A DNA stretch of 61,988 nt, counting the filler, from Trypethelium eluteriae (lineage: Eukaryota): NCBI GenBank assembly GCA_051942245.1. It is 3 parts of 3 records of this genome, joined end to end, with 100 filler letters (N's around TTAATTAATTAA, not from the genome) between each part and the next. Parts side by side here need not be neighbours in the genome. Positions count along the whole stretch, not along the records: positions 41,414 to 61,988 come from JAVECL010000494.1; 2 more parts are not named here. The stretch is one strand, 5' to 3'. The notes under the pieces are model-generated. The model saw nothing but the letters and a program-made list of their open reading frames with translations, was not told the DNA's origin and searched no databases. Below are positions 49,862 to 61,988 of this stretch, in pieces. The translations under genes and the position numbers were made by a program. Each line of letters starts with the position of its first letter. Positions within the stretch are counted from its first letter, which is position 1.

Positions 49862-51922
49862 CTAGTCGCATTCGTACGGCCAACCAAATGTTTTCCGCAA
49901 CCATGTATAGCAATCATCTCGACCTGAATCCAGGAGGAGGCCCTGCTTGAGTTGCAATTGTCCAATGTATACATGTTCTAATCGAGGGAAAGATTTGAAA
50001 TACTTGGCCGCATGCTTCTGCATCCGAACTGCATGTTCTCGTTCCTAGATATGATTTTGTGAATTTTCAATATCGTCATCATCTTGATCTTCATTCTGCT
50101 GAGGCCCTCCGTGGGTCTGGTCTAAATTCTGTCGTTCTCCATCCGTCTGTTCGTCAGTATCATTATTATGCTTCTCTAACCAGCGATCATCATGTTGATT
50201 ACTGTCGTCTTCAGCCGATGATCCATCATCTTCATCGTATTCATCGAACTGGTCTTCATGGTGATCTTGACTGCTCTGCTCTTCAGTATCTAAACCTCCC
50301 TCGTCATGAAGTCCCTCATTCAACTGAATCACCATTCGCTTAGGGAGACGAGCGATGTAATATTGATCGACAAATGCCTGAAAATGTTCATCCGACAATA
50401 TTCCTTTCGTGAACCCTGGATTATATGAGTCGCGACTAAAAGCAAGGATTTCGAGTTGTTGTAAAGGTTGTAGAGTTTTGCGGACCATACGATGCTTGAT
50501 CAACCAAGAGTGATACCACCCGAGTTGTTGGCCAGCGCTGATATGGAGTTTTTGAAGTGAAGTGATCTGGCTCAGCATCTGCAACGAACACTGAGGAATG
50601 TCTTCACAATCCCAGATAAGTGAAAGTGACTTCAAGTGGTGAAGTCTGTTCGTCACTAGCGGGAGGATACCATTGTTGAGGAAAAGTGGATGCGTCGCCC
50701 TGTCCAATTGAAGCTTTGAAATATGAGGGTTCGCTTTTAGGAATTGAATCCCTCCGTCACCCTTCTCTAGTGGTTCGTTTGCATCTGAATCTGGTGGCTG
50801 CCGCCATATGAAGGCCTGCAACGACGAAATTTCTCCCCTGGTCTTAAAAAATTGAGTCGTCGCAGATATTTGGTCCGGACTCACATCCAAAATGCGAATT
50901 CGGTCCGTGGAGAGTCTAGGTATTAGTGCCATGTAATATCCAGGATCATCAAAGGTGACATACGATAGCCGCAACTCGCGTAATCGTGTAAAGCAGGGAA
51001 CCATGGATGGCGGTAGTCGGAAGCCGGGACCGCGGATCAGTTCGGACCACGAAAGGCGCTCCAATGTGGAGGCACAGAGGGAAAGTAGACTGTCCTTAGT
51101 TGAGCTGGTTTCTGTGTCTTGCATAGACTCGGTGTCGATTGCCCATGATAAAGTGAAATTGAGAGCGCGTAAGGCAAACCTAGCAATAACCCCACGATGT
51201 GTAAGATACTCGTCAAGGTCAACGTCTTCGTCGACCTGAATTTCGTACAGATTCAGATATTGTACTGGGGAACAGCAAATTGCACCCAGCACATGGTGCG
51301 GTGCTACGACCTTGTCATACCACCGCAAGGTAGTCAGATTCGCAAGTCCAGATTCCAATGCCAGTGCTATCGCAGTGTGATACGTTTCATAGTAGAACGC
51401 TGCCCCCTCTTCTGACCGCTTCAGTGTCTCCTCGCTTCCCAAGGGCTCGGCATTGCTTACGTGAACATGATGTCTCGCATATGCATTTGAAGCACTGGTT
51501 GCAACCGTGAGACTGCGCACGCACGCACCAATGGAAGGCAATATAGTAAAGCCACGATATTTTCTTTCCGTTATTTCCGCGCCTATTGCTCCTAAAACTT
51601 GCTCGCTTCGTGGGCTGTAGTCCAGTTTTACCTCGGCGAACAGTCGGGATCGAGCAAGTGCGCAGTTATCACGGCATGTGAGTGCGAAATCGAACAACGT
51701 TGACCAAGGAATGTGTGCTGCGATTGTTCCCAGTAACTCCACGGGTAGCTGCAGGAGCCGACAGCTTGAGCCTGAGCGTCTGTTGTCATTGACTCTATCG
51801 AGCGATAGAGGGTTTATCCACTCATGTTCTTCTTTTTGGCACTCATCCTTGCCTACAGTTAGCATAGACATACTGAAGTCGAGCATCGCAGTACGGCGAC
51901 TTCGCGGTATTCCTAAAGCCAT
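49862..51922 (-). CDS. F-box protein with LRR-like body and acidic insert, interrupted by one in-frame TAG
   Basis: F-box-like LLQLPVELLGTIAAHI...FALTCRDNCALARSRLF. After TAG 50047-50045 the same frame continues for 60 codons (EREHAVRMQKHAAKYFKSFPRLEHVYIGQ...RDDCYTWLRKTFGWPYECD*). Confidence 0.7.
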
Positions 51923-52927
51923 CTTCAGCACTTTGATCGCGGCCAGTGAAATCTGCACTGGAGTGAATAGGCCCTCTCATGGACCAATCGAAGTTTGGGA
52001 TTGATGACGATAATGATTTGTGGAAGCTTGTAGATTTAGCTGACGAATATTGAAGGCGGAATAAGGCCTGAGCACATCGTGTATACTAAAAGGGTCGATT
52101 CGTGTTGCCGAGGTCACCTGGAATGAGCATTCCATGGAGGCTGCGTGCGTATGTTTGCATTCAACGATCGTAAAGACAGCGCTTACTTTACATCATGCTT
52201 CGCATTCAGCAAGGAGCGGAGTCCTAAAAAGCGAAAGTATGTTTCGCGGGCTGTAAAGGCATCGACATTCCTGGCGTACGATACTCCATGGTGTGGTATT
52301 TCAATGCGAAAGAGCAAGCTCAAGGTACACATTAGGAATTCCATCAAGCAGAGATCTCAATATTGCAGATTCACTTCTAGAGTGCGCTTTCATCTTAAGC
52401 TCACTTGAAAATTAAAGGAACGACTGACAGTGGATTGTCTCTACGTTCCTAGGTTGAGCAGATGAGGTGGCTATATGCGCTAGTACATACGTGGTATAGG
52501 TAAAATAATTAGTCCCATTTACGGGACTGCGTCCCGTCCGGGTACTCTTGGTCTTGCAAAGGCACAAGAGGCTGTATCTCAGCATGAAGTATGGGGTACT
52601 CTGTACTTCTTCTTGTTTCAATGGACACGCACGTCTCATCTTGAAGGAGCAGACGACAAAAATTGCTTTCGGCTGACAGGATCAGTGCGTGGTGAACCAT
52701 TGAATACATGACGAACCAGCTCACGGCGAAGGCCAAAGAAGTCTCAAAGGGAGTTTGCCCAGACGAATTCCAGGAAATAGTCTTAGAGTTCCAGCTTTTC
52801 GTAGCGATACTTTCGTAACATTCGATTCTAGAAACCCTTCGATAATTGAAAGGAAGCTCTAATATATCAGTTATCTATCATTCAAGCGCATTGGTTATCC
52901 AAGTCAGTACCACCTCCCAGTACCATC

Positions 52928-55148
52928 TCACCTCCAACGTTTCATCTCCTTCGCCATTCCGCAGACCGCACGAGCAATCTCCTGCCGTCCGTCGTAAATC
53001 GGGTAGACGATGACAGCAAAGATGGCGGCGAAATGCCAGATGATCGCCATGGTGATCCAGCCGCCGAAAAAGCTCTTTGTGAATATCCAGTCCCGGTATA
53101 GAGGCAAGGGCCAAAGGACGATGGTGATCAAGACATTGACAACGAAGTAGATGCAGGCAATTTTGAACCACTTCTTGATGTGTCTGATCGTCTCTTCGTC
53201 AAAGGGGTGAACCACATCATCGAGAGGGATTTGTGCATTTGACTGGGTGCGTGGTGGACTTGGTGTCGGGCTACTCTTCTCTCCACTTGTGAGGTAGGCT
53301 TCTTTCTCGGAAACGTTCCCCGTTCTAAGTGTCTCACTTATGGCTTCGCTACTGGGCGCTTTGGACTGTAGAGAACTGTTCGATTGACTCTCATCTTCAA
53401 TAAGGTCGATTCTTAAAAGCTCGCGCCAGTCGAATCGGCTCGGCCAAACCAGTGAAATGATAACAGAATAGACCGCTGGAGAGAAGAACGACACGACGGA
53501 CCCGTACAAACCGGGCACTTGATCCTGTGTGGTTTGAATATTGATGGCACCAGACCAGTACCACGATAGGGAGAGCCAGGTTGCAAGGCCTGAAAAGAGC
53601 CCAAGAATGGCACCTAGAATAGCCCCCAACTTCGTTTGTCTAGACCAGAGGAGCGTCAAGATTAGGGGCAGGATGCCGGGACAAGAAATAATGGGTCGGA
53701 AGTAAGTAGACCAGTTGTTCGTTGCACCAGCATACTCAAGCATGATGGCAAACCCGGCCATAAAGCAACCATGGAAGAAAACGCCCCAATGGCTTACCTG
53801 AAGGGTCCTGCGGTCGGACGCACGTGGGTTGATGTAGGTGCGGAAAAAGTCGAGAGAGATGATACTGCTAACAGCAATCATTGACGAAGACACCGTGCTG
53901 GTGATGGCCATGAAGATGAGTACGAGCAGACCATTGGTGGTACCTTTGCCAAGCAGAGACCTCAGCACGTATGGCATTACGAGACCGGAGTTGACCTGAG
54001 TAGTTGTCAGAGTATTGGGATAGTCGAACCAGATGGGAGTCTTTTCGATTGCTCGAGCGCTTAGACCGATGATGGTTCCCGTGCACCAGGGTATGGCAAG
54101 GATGACAACAGACACAAGTCCATAGGCTGGAACTGTCGAGTGCACTTCGGAAGCGAAAGATTTCTGCCAGAAGGCCGTATCCATTAGCACAAGTGCAAGG
54201 TTGCCGAATTTCAGCACAAGACCGAAATGGACCGCTGTACAAAACATGAGTCTCTATCTTGACGTAACGCGACGAATTTGCCTTACAGCTCTTGGACTTC
54301 ATCGTCAAAAGCGAGCCTTCGTAATTGCCAGGAATATAATCATTTGTGGCTTTGACTCTCTCGTACAAGCCCGAAAAGCCTCCGATGTGCTCATTTGTCA
54401 AGACGGCGAGCGAAAAATATATCAAGAGGATTAGGGCGACTGTGGTATGCAGAAAGTCGGTCAAGAATGTGGCTTTGAGTCCACCCACAGCCGTATAGGT
54501 GACGACTTGAAAGGTACAAGAGTCAGCGCGTTGGTCCTCCATGAGTCTTTCACTGACTTACCTCCAGCCGGAATCAGGATACATGCAGCAATGACATGCA
54601 TTCCAGTCATCCCAGTCACTAGCTGAGCGCCCGCGAGAATCATGCTCCCGCAGCCGAAAATGTTGTTGACCAGGTTCAGCAGGATAAACAACCAGTGTGC
54701 ATATCTTCCATATCTCATTTTTATGATCTCCAGCGAGGTATGTGCGTAAGGTATTCGTAGCTTTGCCACAATGCCGAGCATGGCCATGAGGGCAATCTGG
54801 AAGGATAGTCCAGTCGCCCACCAGATTGGCAGAGCGATTCCCCATTTGTAGGCGTAGGCGGCTGAAAAGACACTTTCATTAATCCACATCCTAGACCGAC
54901 CCATTATGGTTAATAGGTATCCTTTATGTTGCTGTTATCCGGACTCACCAACTTGAGAACACGGCTGACGCTGTCAACCCAGTGCCGACGGAGCGATTGG
55001 CGACCATGAACATCTCCGACTGATCGCTGTCCTCGGAAAGGTACAACTTCTGTATGCGGACTGCACCCAGAATAATAAGGCAGAACAACACGGAAAGTCC
55101 AATGATGATGCCATAGCCGTCGGCCTGAGTGAGAAGTTCCACAGCCAT
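52928..55148 (-). CDS. DUR3-like urea/polyamine active transporter (sodium:solute symporter family)
   Basis: SEMFMVANRSVGTGLTASAVFSSW, AHTSLEIIKMRYG, YTAVGGLKATFLTDFLHT, GNYEGSLLTMKSK and FMAITSTVSSSMIAVSSI. Three introns. Confidence 0.92.
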
Positions 55149-57689
55149 CTTGGAATTCGAGCAGTCGTGACAGCTAAAGCGTGAGACGCGAGGCACAATG
55201 CTGTGATGGAGTCCATTGTCGGAGCATATATATCATCATTCTGTGCATCCACAGTTGACGTTGATGTGCAGATAGGCGCACATGGCATTATCAATCTTAG
55301 CGTTGACGATCATTACCCATGCCTCTTGGGTTGAAAAGTCGGCAAGGCTAGACTTCTGATTGCTGAAGGTAAACATATTTCATTCGCTGAGATATCATGG
55401 TGGAACGAAAATCCCATGCCGACGTGGTGGAGTAGCGTATTGCGTTATGCAGCTCTGGCAGCACGCGAGACGTGACAAGGGTGTGAGATCGCACCATCGC
55501 AATCGCAGCTTTGCAATGCAGAATTACCATCAATAGTTCTTGCGGCGTGACTTTTCTGCAGGAATTGAGAACACTTCGAGCTTCCAAATCTGGCTTCGAT
55601 CTTGCAGTCGCCAGATTTCCTTGGTACACTGACCTCTTGAAGTGTTAAACTCTTTTATGGTCTCACTGGTCTATCCCTGAGGTATCCATCCAGCCCAGCT
55701 GGTTTGCCGGTGATCTCCCGATGAGCTCTGTCCCATGCTGTCGCTCCTATGAAAGGAAATTCTGTAGTTGTAGCTGTTGCTCAATCAAAGGATGGTGAAG
55801 CGCCGAGACATTTTGCATGATCCTTTTCGGAGCGAACAGTAGAGCAATCATACACTAGGTGCAAAAAGGTATGCCTACTCCGTACTCTCAAGCTATCTAT
55901 CATTTTTAAGAGACTCGCAACGGAAAACTCAAGCATGTAGAGGCCAGTTCTAGACTGCGAAGGCCAGATTTCGTAGTTCAGACTAGGCAGGTGTTGCCGG
56001 GTCCCAGTTTTAAGATCTTCTTCAGACACTATCACAGCTCGCTCAGGCCACAAGAGATTGGTCCAAGATTGTGTACACAGCCATAGCTCGGGATGGCTTC
56101 TCATCGCTCCAGTCCAGGAAAATGTCGTTCAGACTTGTACATGCAGACGGAATCTAGTGATTGAAACTAGCGCGTGTCAGTAACATGACACTTTCGTCAG
56201 CGAGGTATCGATGTCGCAATAAGCGGAGAACCGCGCCGTGCGATAGGCTCGAGTGGACAATGGCATCCGCTCGCATCAAGAATCCAAGTACGGAATCCTC
56301 AGACCGGGCCTTGCTAGGAGACGCACCGGAGAAGGAGTTGAAAGGCAGCCATCAAGTCTAAACCCAGGAGGACACATGAAGTCTGGTGAGTAATTGGGCT
56401 TGACCGGTCGCAAAACAATTATGAATATTTGGCGGCGCCATAAGCTGGCTCGAGACCTGTCGACAGTGAAGACAAGCTTCCTCGTAGGCACGAGGACGAG
56501 TGCGCCTTGCGTTTCAACATCCGAGTAAGGCTCATTTATGGACATTGGCGAAATTCGCAGACATGCTTATCTCAGCTAGAATTGAAACAGGATCGAAGCG
56601 ATGACGATGAGACTGAAATAGGTAATAGCATACGTTTCGAAACAATGGCGAGCTGGCGCGTTGAGCATTAAAACACGGGCGCAGTCTCCATCGATCGATG
56701 GTTCAAATGTGATGCATGGCGGAAAAGTCTGTTGCGCGGACAACAGCGAGATCAACAATCGCCGTTATTATCGATAAGTGTCAAGGACGAGGACGGCAAG
56801 ACCGCTAGCGAGTTGCAATCTGCGAGTTGCACGCCTTGGATCCCTCGGCCGATTCTCCGTTACCTTAGGCTCTGAGTGCATCATGGCACGCATTGATCCT
56901 TCAAAATGCATCGTGATCTCCACAACTTGCCCCAATCCTCTGTCTCATACCCGCGATCGGAGAATTTTGTAGAAATCGGGACGAACCAACTGACGGCGGA
57001 AGCTAGCTGTGTTGGGCAATTGAGAAACGTGCGGATAGGACTGAGGACTCCTTTACTCGTCAGGGTCTTTGCGGGACAGACTCGGCTCGATGATTATTTT
57101 TGGCGTGAGGCGCAGACTATGGGTGTATGCTGTGCTTAGAGGGACTTGAGATCGAAATATTCAGGTGGAAATGTATCTTTTCGGCAAAGTCTGATTCTGG
57201 TTTACACGCCAGACCGAATTCAGTATTTCGACTTTGCATTGCAATATGTTTCGTAATAGAAAAGTGAAGCATCAAGTGGTAAGCAGTACATGAGCATAGC
57301 TTTTCTCGCAATTCGTGGTTTTCAAAAAATCGTAGTAATACAAAAGCTCAATAACAGCATGAGTGCACCCATAAAACTCGTACAGAGATAAATCAGCAAC
57401 CTTTCCCAACCAATCCACTTTTCCTAAAACACCATGCAGTGCGCTGGACAATTACCACCTTCATCCCCTCCAACCCCGAACTCAAATACCCAGAGGGTTG
57501 CCCCAGTGAAGCCTGGTTTGATATGGTATGTCCTAAGGTCTTCGCCCATAAGTCTTGGTGTTCATCCTCATGGGACAAGAAAACCTCCGGTCTGTAAGGT
57601 CTATCGGTAGTTCTGTTAGGTTGCAACGCATGCAAAAAATCGCTCAAAACTCCATAACGAATTCAGCGTCCCCGTACTACGTTTTTCCT

Positions 57690-58181
57690 TCAACGACCGA
57701 ATCTTTCCTTTTCAGACTCGCTTGACTGTTGCGAAGAGCTCCTTGTTCCGTCTAGGCTTGCCGTTCCACCACTTCGGTGGTTTAGAGATGCAAAACCAGA
57801 AGTCATGGCGGAATACGAAGCCGAGTTGGGTGTCGTCGAGCCAGGTGTCACTAAGCTGGGCGTCATCGGAGAGCTGTTGGACCTATGCCGAGAGAGTGTG
57901 ATAGGTGATTCATTCACCGAGGATGCAGAAGACGTGGTTGATGAGACTGAAGGTCGATGGGAGGAGGGATTGCTGTTCGGCTCGGGTCTCTGATCAAGGT
58001 GGAGAGCAGTACATGAAGAGCAGAAACTGCTCGTTGCGTTTGTTCGTCCTCGGCATCCACGCGAATGGTTCACACAGTCGAAGCATTCCACGTGGAGAGG
58101 TAACATGATAGTTACGTCGGAGGCAAACATTTGAGCGAGGTAAGAAGCTGTCGAGGTTGCAGCTCCGTGTCGTTGACGCAT
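57690..58181 (-). CDS. Small hypothetical protein with an N-terminal Cys cluster and Ser-rich tail; start ambiguous among three ATGs
   Basis: 163-aa ORF with CFDCVNHSRGCRGRTN...FCSSC followed by low-complexity Ser/Thr sequence. Confidence 0.6.
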   Translation of the reverse strand: MRQRHGAATSTASYLAQMFASDVTIMLPLHVECFDCVNHSRGCRGRTNATSSFCSSCTALHLDQRPEPNSNPSSHRPSVSSTTSSASSVNESPITLSRHRSNSSPMTPSLVTPGSTTPNSASYSAMTSGFASLNHRSGGTASLDGTRSSSQQSSESEKERFGR

Positions 58182-60241
58182 TTTAGTAATTTTGAGGTGA
58201 CAAAGAGCGTGTATCGAGATTTTTCGTCTGTAAATTTGACGATGGACTGTTCGTCTCTGAGTTTGGGGGCTTTTTAGTCTTGGGAAGAAGAGGCACGGTC
58301 AAGTCCACGGTCAAGTTCCAGTGGCTTGAAGACGACAATCCGATTGCGAGATGAAATGATTATATGAGACGAGACAGGATCTACCTGGTGGCCTGGATCG
58401 AAGGACACACAGCAATCGTTTCTGGAGAACGACGATGGGTAAACACGACAGGTGGAAGGGGCGATGGGGGTTAAGAGCCATTAATGCAAGCAAGATGAAA
58501 CACGTTACCAAGAAAACGATCTTACGATTGCAACCTGATTTAGGCTTCTGGCCTTGGAGTGCAAGACTTGACAATTGTTAGCAACCAACACGTTACGCCG
58601 AGCCTGAGTTTTGCGCCCCGTGCACGAGTGGACAGGTGTTGCGGCAGGGTCTTGGGGGATCATTTGGTCTTCGATGCCCGATCATTGGGAGACTGATCAT
58701 CATGCTCATCGGTACTGGACCGATCGAAAGACGGGAGATGAACATTTTGCAACTGGGGTAATCAGGGCGGCGATAAAACTGATTACGTATGTGCCTCTGA
58801 GATGCACGGAGTTGACGTCTCTGGCCAGAGTGGAAGTGGGAGAGCACGCGAGATCCCTGCATGCGATCGCCGGCCGGGAATGGCCCGAGCGGCTGCTAAA
58901 ACAGTTTTCGGGATTCGTTACAGATGAAAATGCCATCGAAAGTCGGCCGAACTAATTAAGTATTTTAGGTATCTATACATCTACCTACTCATCCTGCTTT
59001 CTTTTCATCGGTGGGTAGAAACCTCTTTGCGTGTATTATAGCAAGTAAAGGCAGCCCAACGTTGCTACAGGAGCTCTAGCAATTAACATACCCCTATCTA
59101 ACTTCGATTTCGATTAGGCCTTGAAATCGCTATTGCTTTACTTTCATTGGATGATACCATTTACCGCCAAATTTGACGCGTCCCTGCATAGAGAGTCTGG
59201 CAGTGGATGAGAAGAGTCCACTTCGGCACTTGCGATTGCGTCATGGCTAAACCTTCATGCATGCCCTCGTCATATGTTCGACTCGCGTCCGTTCAAATGG
59301 TAAAAGAATAGACTTCTAAGATAGCCGCGGGCCCCTTATCGAGATAGTCGTCCGGCCTATCTGATTGCGCTTCTTCCTAGAAGCATCGGTGCATCTCCAA
59401 CTGGGATCGATCAAGATCTTGGGAAGGATGAGGGCAATGGACCAATGACTGAAAGCTCAGCAGGCGCTTAGTGAAGAAGATGACAATATTTCGGAACCCA
59501 CAACAAATTCGATCTGGTAAGCTTTGAAACCCTGGCAAGCTTGGCTGTGATGCACATTCAAGGTCTTCCAGAATCGATTCACGGCGTCTAGGTAGATACG
59601 CAGGAGAGGATTCCAGAATAACTGTGGTTCGGCCAAATGGTTCCAAATTTTCGTACATGCACTCCACCACCACGACGGGATTCCCCTAGGTGACTAAGCA
59701 CAAATCTGTGCATACCGTTAAAAATGTCCATATTTCAATGCCGCAGATAAGTCAGATTTGTCTCTAACGTCCGCGGACACAGATCTTGAAGGGCCTGAGC
59801 CTAAAGAAGGGAAGAGAACATTAGTAGAAGTGAACGGGAAAAAAATAAATTGGAATCCAAATTATGCATGATATACTTAGAAGACCTGTAACTGTGAGAT
59901 CACTACAAGGGAAGGTAAAACCCTTCATGGCTATAGCTAGGGACTGGCATCTTGGAGTGAAAAAGCAATATCAAGATAATTGTCATAATCATTGGATAAT
60001 ATCGCACAATATATAAATTGTAGTGAGTAAGATATCTAGACAGGCATCAACTTCAGCTTTCCATTCCCAAGGCCATTCATCACTGTAATCTCAGGCAGTC
60101 GAAATGTTGCCCGTAGACACAGCTGAATGGGAAAACTGGAATGTCCCAGTATCTGACCTCCAAACCAGGCCCCAGCTTCTCAGTTCTAGGGCCTCAGCAA
60201 TCCTCTACGTCTCCTTATTCTCCTTCACCCTTTCCATTGCT

Positions 60242-60790
60242 CTACACATCATACGCCTTGGCGCTCCTCCTCGCCCTGTGGATTTGGCTTGCCGCCACTG
60301 CAATCGTAATGAGAAACAGCAGCATCTCCGCCAAATCCACCCAGACCGCATTTTTCATCTCGATGATGCCCTTGTCCCCCTCCGGCTTCTCCTTTCCGTA
60401 CATAACCCCAAAGATACCCGTCACAATCACCCAGTTTAGGGCCATGAAAGCATCCCAGATGAGCAGGAACACAATGTGGATCGGGATGCTCATGCGCGCG
60501 AACCGGTTCAGTAGCGTGATGATGATGAGGACCAAAGCAGTGAGACCTGTCGCTGCGCCCACGAGGGTGGCGTACATCCAACGGGGGTCATAGTATTTGT
60601 GTTGGTTGTGTGCGTGGACGAGGTAGGGGGAGTAGATTCCGATGACAGCGAGGGCGAGACAGAACTGCACGAATCGGATGAAGGCGGCGTACAGTTTGTA
60701 GAGCTTGTCTGAGGAGGAGCCAGGTTGGCTGCCGGAGTAGCTGGCTGTGTCGGCGGAAGTTTTGCCGGAGCGTTTACCAAAACCGAACAT
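60242..60790 (-). CDS. MARVEL-domain four-transmembrane protein
   Basis: IRFVQFCLALAVIGIY, PRWMYATLVG, WDAFMALNWVIVTGIFGVMY and MKNAVWVDLAEMLLF. GC3-biased codons. Confidence 0.85.
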   Translation of the reverse strand: MFGFGKRSGKTSADTASYSGSQPGSSSDKLYKLYAAFIRFVQFCLALAVIGIYSPYLVHAHNQHKYYDPRWMYATLVGAATGLTALVLIIITLLNRFARMSIPIHIVFLLIWDAFMALNWVIVTGIFGVMYGKEKPEGDKGIIEMKNAVWVDLAEMLLFLITIAVAASQIHRARRSAKAYDV

Positions 60791-61988
60791 GGTGAAGGAT
60801 GATGATGATGACTTGTAGTTGTAGAGTATGAGTCTTTTTCGTGGTTGGATTGGAAGGGTCGATCAAGTCCGGCTAAATCGAAATATACTGAAGCTCTGGA
60901 ACGAGAGTATTTGGTCGGTATGGGCTTGGTAAACTGAACGATCAACGTTGAGGCGACTTTGGAGAGGGAGAGCAGAAATCTCGAGCTCTGATTGGGAATG
61001 CGTGGTATAAACGCAGTTCGAGGTGAGCTATGGTATGACTTTTGCAATGCTCGCGGAAGACAATGATAAGACAATGGTGAGTCTTGCGGCCTTCTCTTTC
61101 AAGGTTCAATAAGACAAGGGCAGCAGACAATGGACAATGAACAATGGGAACAATCAAGGCCGTGAATGATTATGCTATTAGAGAGCGGCAGAGCTCCTGG
61201 CTCGACACAAAGCAAAGCGCAGATAAGGAAAGTGGAGTATATGCACAAGGTGGGGAAGGTAGGAACGACGATTGCAAACAATAGAAACTTCTCAATGACC
61301 GAGCAGGTGCCTGTAGCGGGTACTGAGTGTCATATATGCTTCCATCAGAGCTTGGGCGTGTGATTCGGAGGATTAGATGGGTCTGTGTCGGTGGGAGAGG
61401 TTCGAGTCGTTCGTCCAACCAATTTCCTGCTTGGACCCTGAAACCTCTTGACGTGTGGTGACGCATTAGCGCCAGGGGCCATCGTTGTTTGGCTGCGGGG
61501 GTATCCGTAGCCCAGTGATTGGCTATCATTGTTTGACCCCATCCACCCAGACAAAGGGCGACAAAAATATCTCCATACGATACCACTTTGTTTGCGCGGA
61601 GCTCAGACACTGTAGAACCGGGGCGCGGCCTGCGACGCGATACCGTCCAGGTCGCGTGACGTTGGAGAGCGACTCTGTTTCATGTGACTACAAGCGTTGA
61701 TTGGTAAGGTACACTTCCGTTGAATGTAGTGAACATGCCTTCACTGAAATAGCGGTATAACATCGGCTGAGCTCTGGAAATATACAAGACTCCTCCATGC
61801 CATGAACACCATTATGCCATATTTCGGAGCTGACTTCGACGGCGCCGGCTCGCGGCGAAACCCTTCCACGCCATACAAGCTACAATCCGCCGAACGCCCA
61901 GATCCAGATGCAAACTCCCAAACCCGACAATCACCGCTCAAACATCATGCTCTTCTTCGTCTCCAAACTCGCGCTCCTCTCCCTCCCC

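Noticed and set aside
52928..57600. TPP riboswitch at the solute-symporter gene, as known for DUR31/NCU01977-type genes
   Set aside because: I found no CTGAGA...ATACC...GAACTTGAT...TAAT aptamer core in the introns or upstream region, and the introns are short. A covariance-model search would settle it.

Overview
Eukaryotic DNA from a filamentous ascomycete (Pezizomycotina), judged from short GT-AG introns with CTRAC-like branch sites and fungal gene families. About 25 genes can be supported. The left two-thirds (1-41 kb) is mostly housekeeping: an App1-like phosphatase, peroxisomal alcohol oxidase, mitochondrial alternative oxidase, a five-exon acylphosphatase missed by the ORF track, two tandem BTB genes (one a pseudogene), an RTA1 protein, an alpha/beta hydrolase, a desaturase-like protein, RPL6, RPN13, a divergent GNA1-like gene, ORC1, prefoldin 5 and the cross-pathway regulator cpc-1/GCN4. 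The cpc-1 locus shows its translational-control layout directly: two uORFs, a stop-free in-frame non-AUG extension and TGACTCA autoregulatory sites. From about 41.4 to 52 kb lies an accessory island with a protease-like fragment, a SesB-hydrolase/NACHT NLR, a RIP-mutated Tc1/mariner element and an F-box gene. The NLR and the F-box gene each carry one in-frame stop inside sequence that otherwise keeps reading as family-like protein. The right end holds a DUR3-like transporter, a small Cys/Ser-rich protein and a MARVEL protein. Two 100-bp N gaps contain an artificial TTAATTAATTAA linker. All calls come from reading the sequence; no database search was run.
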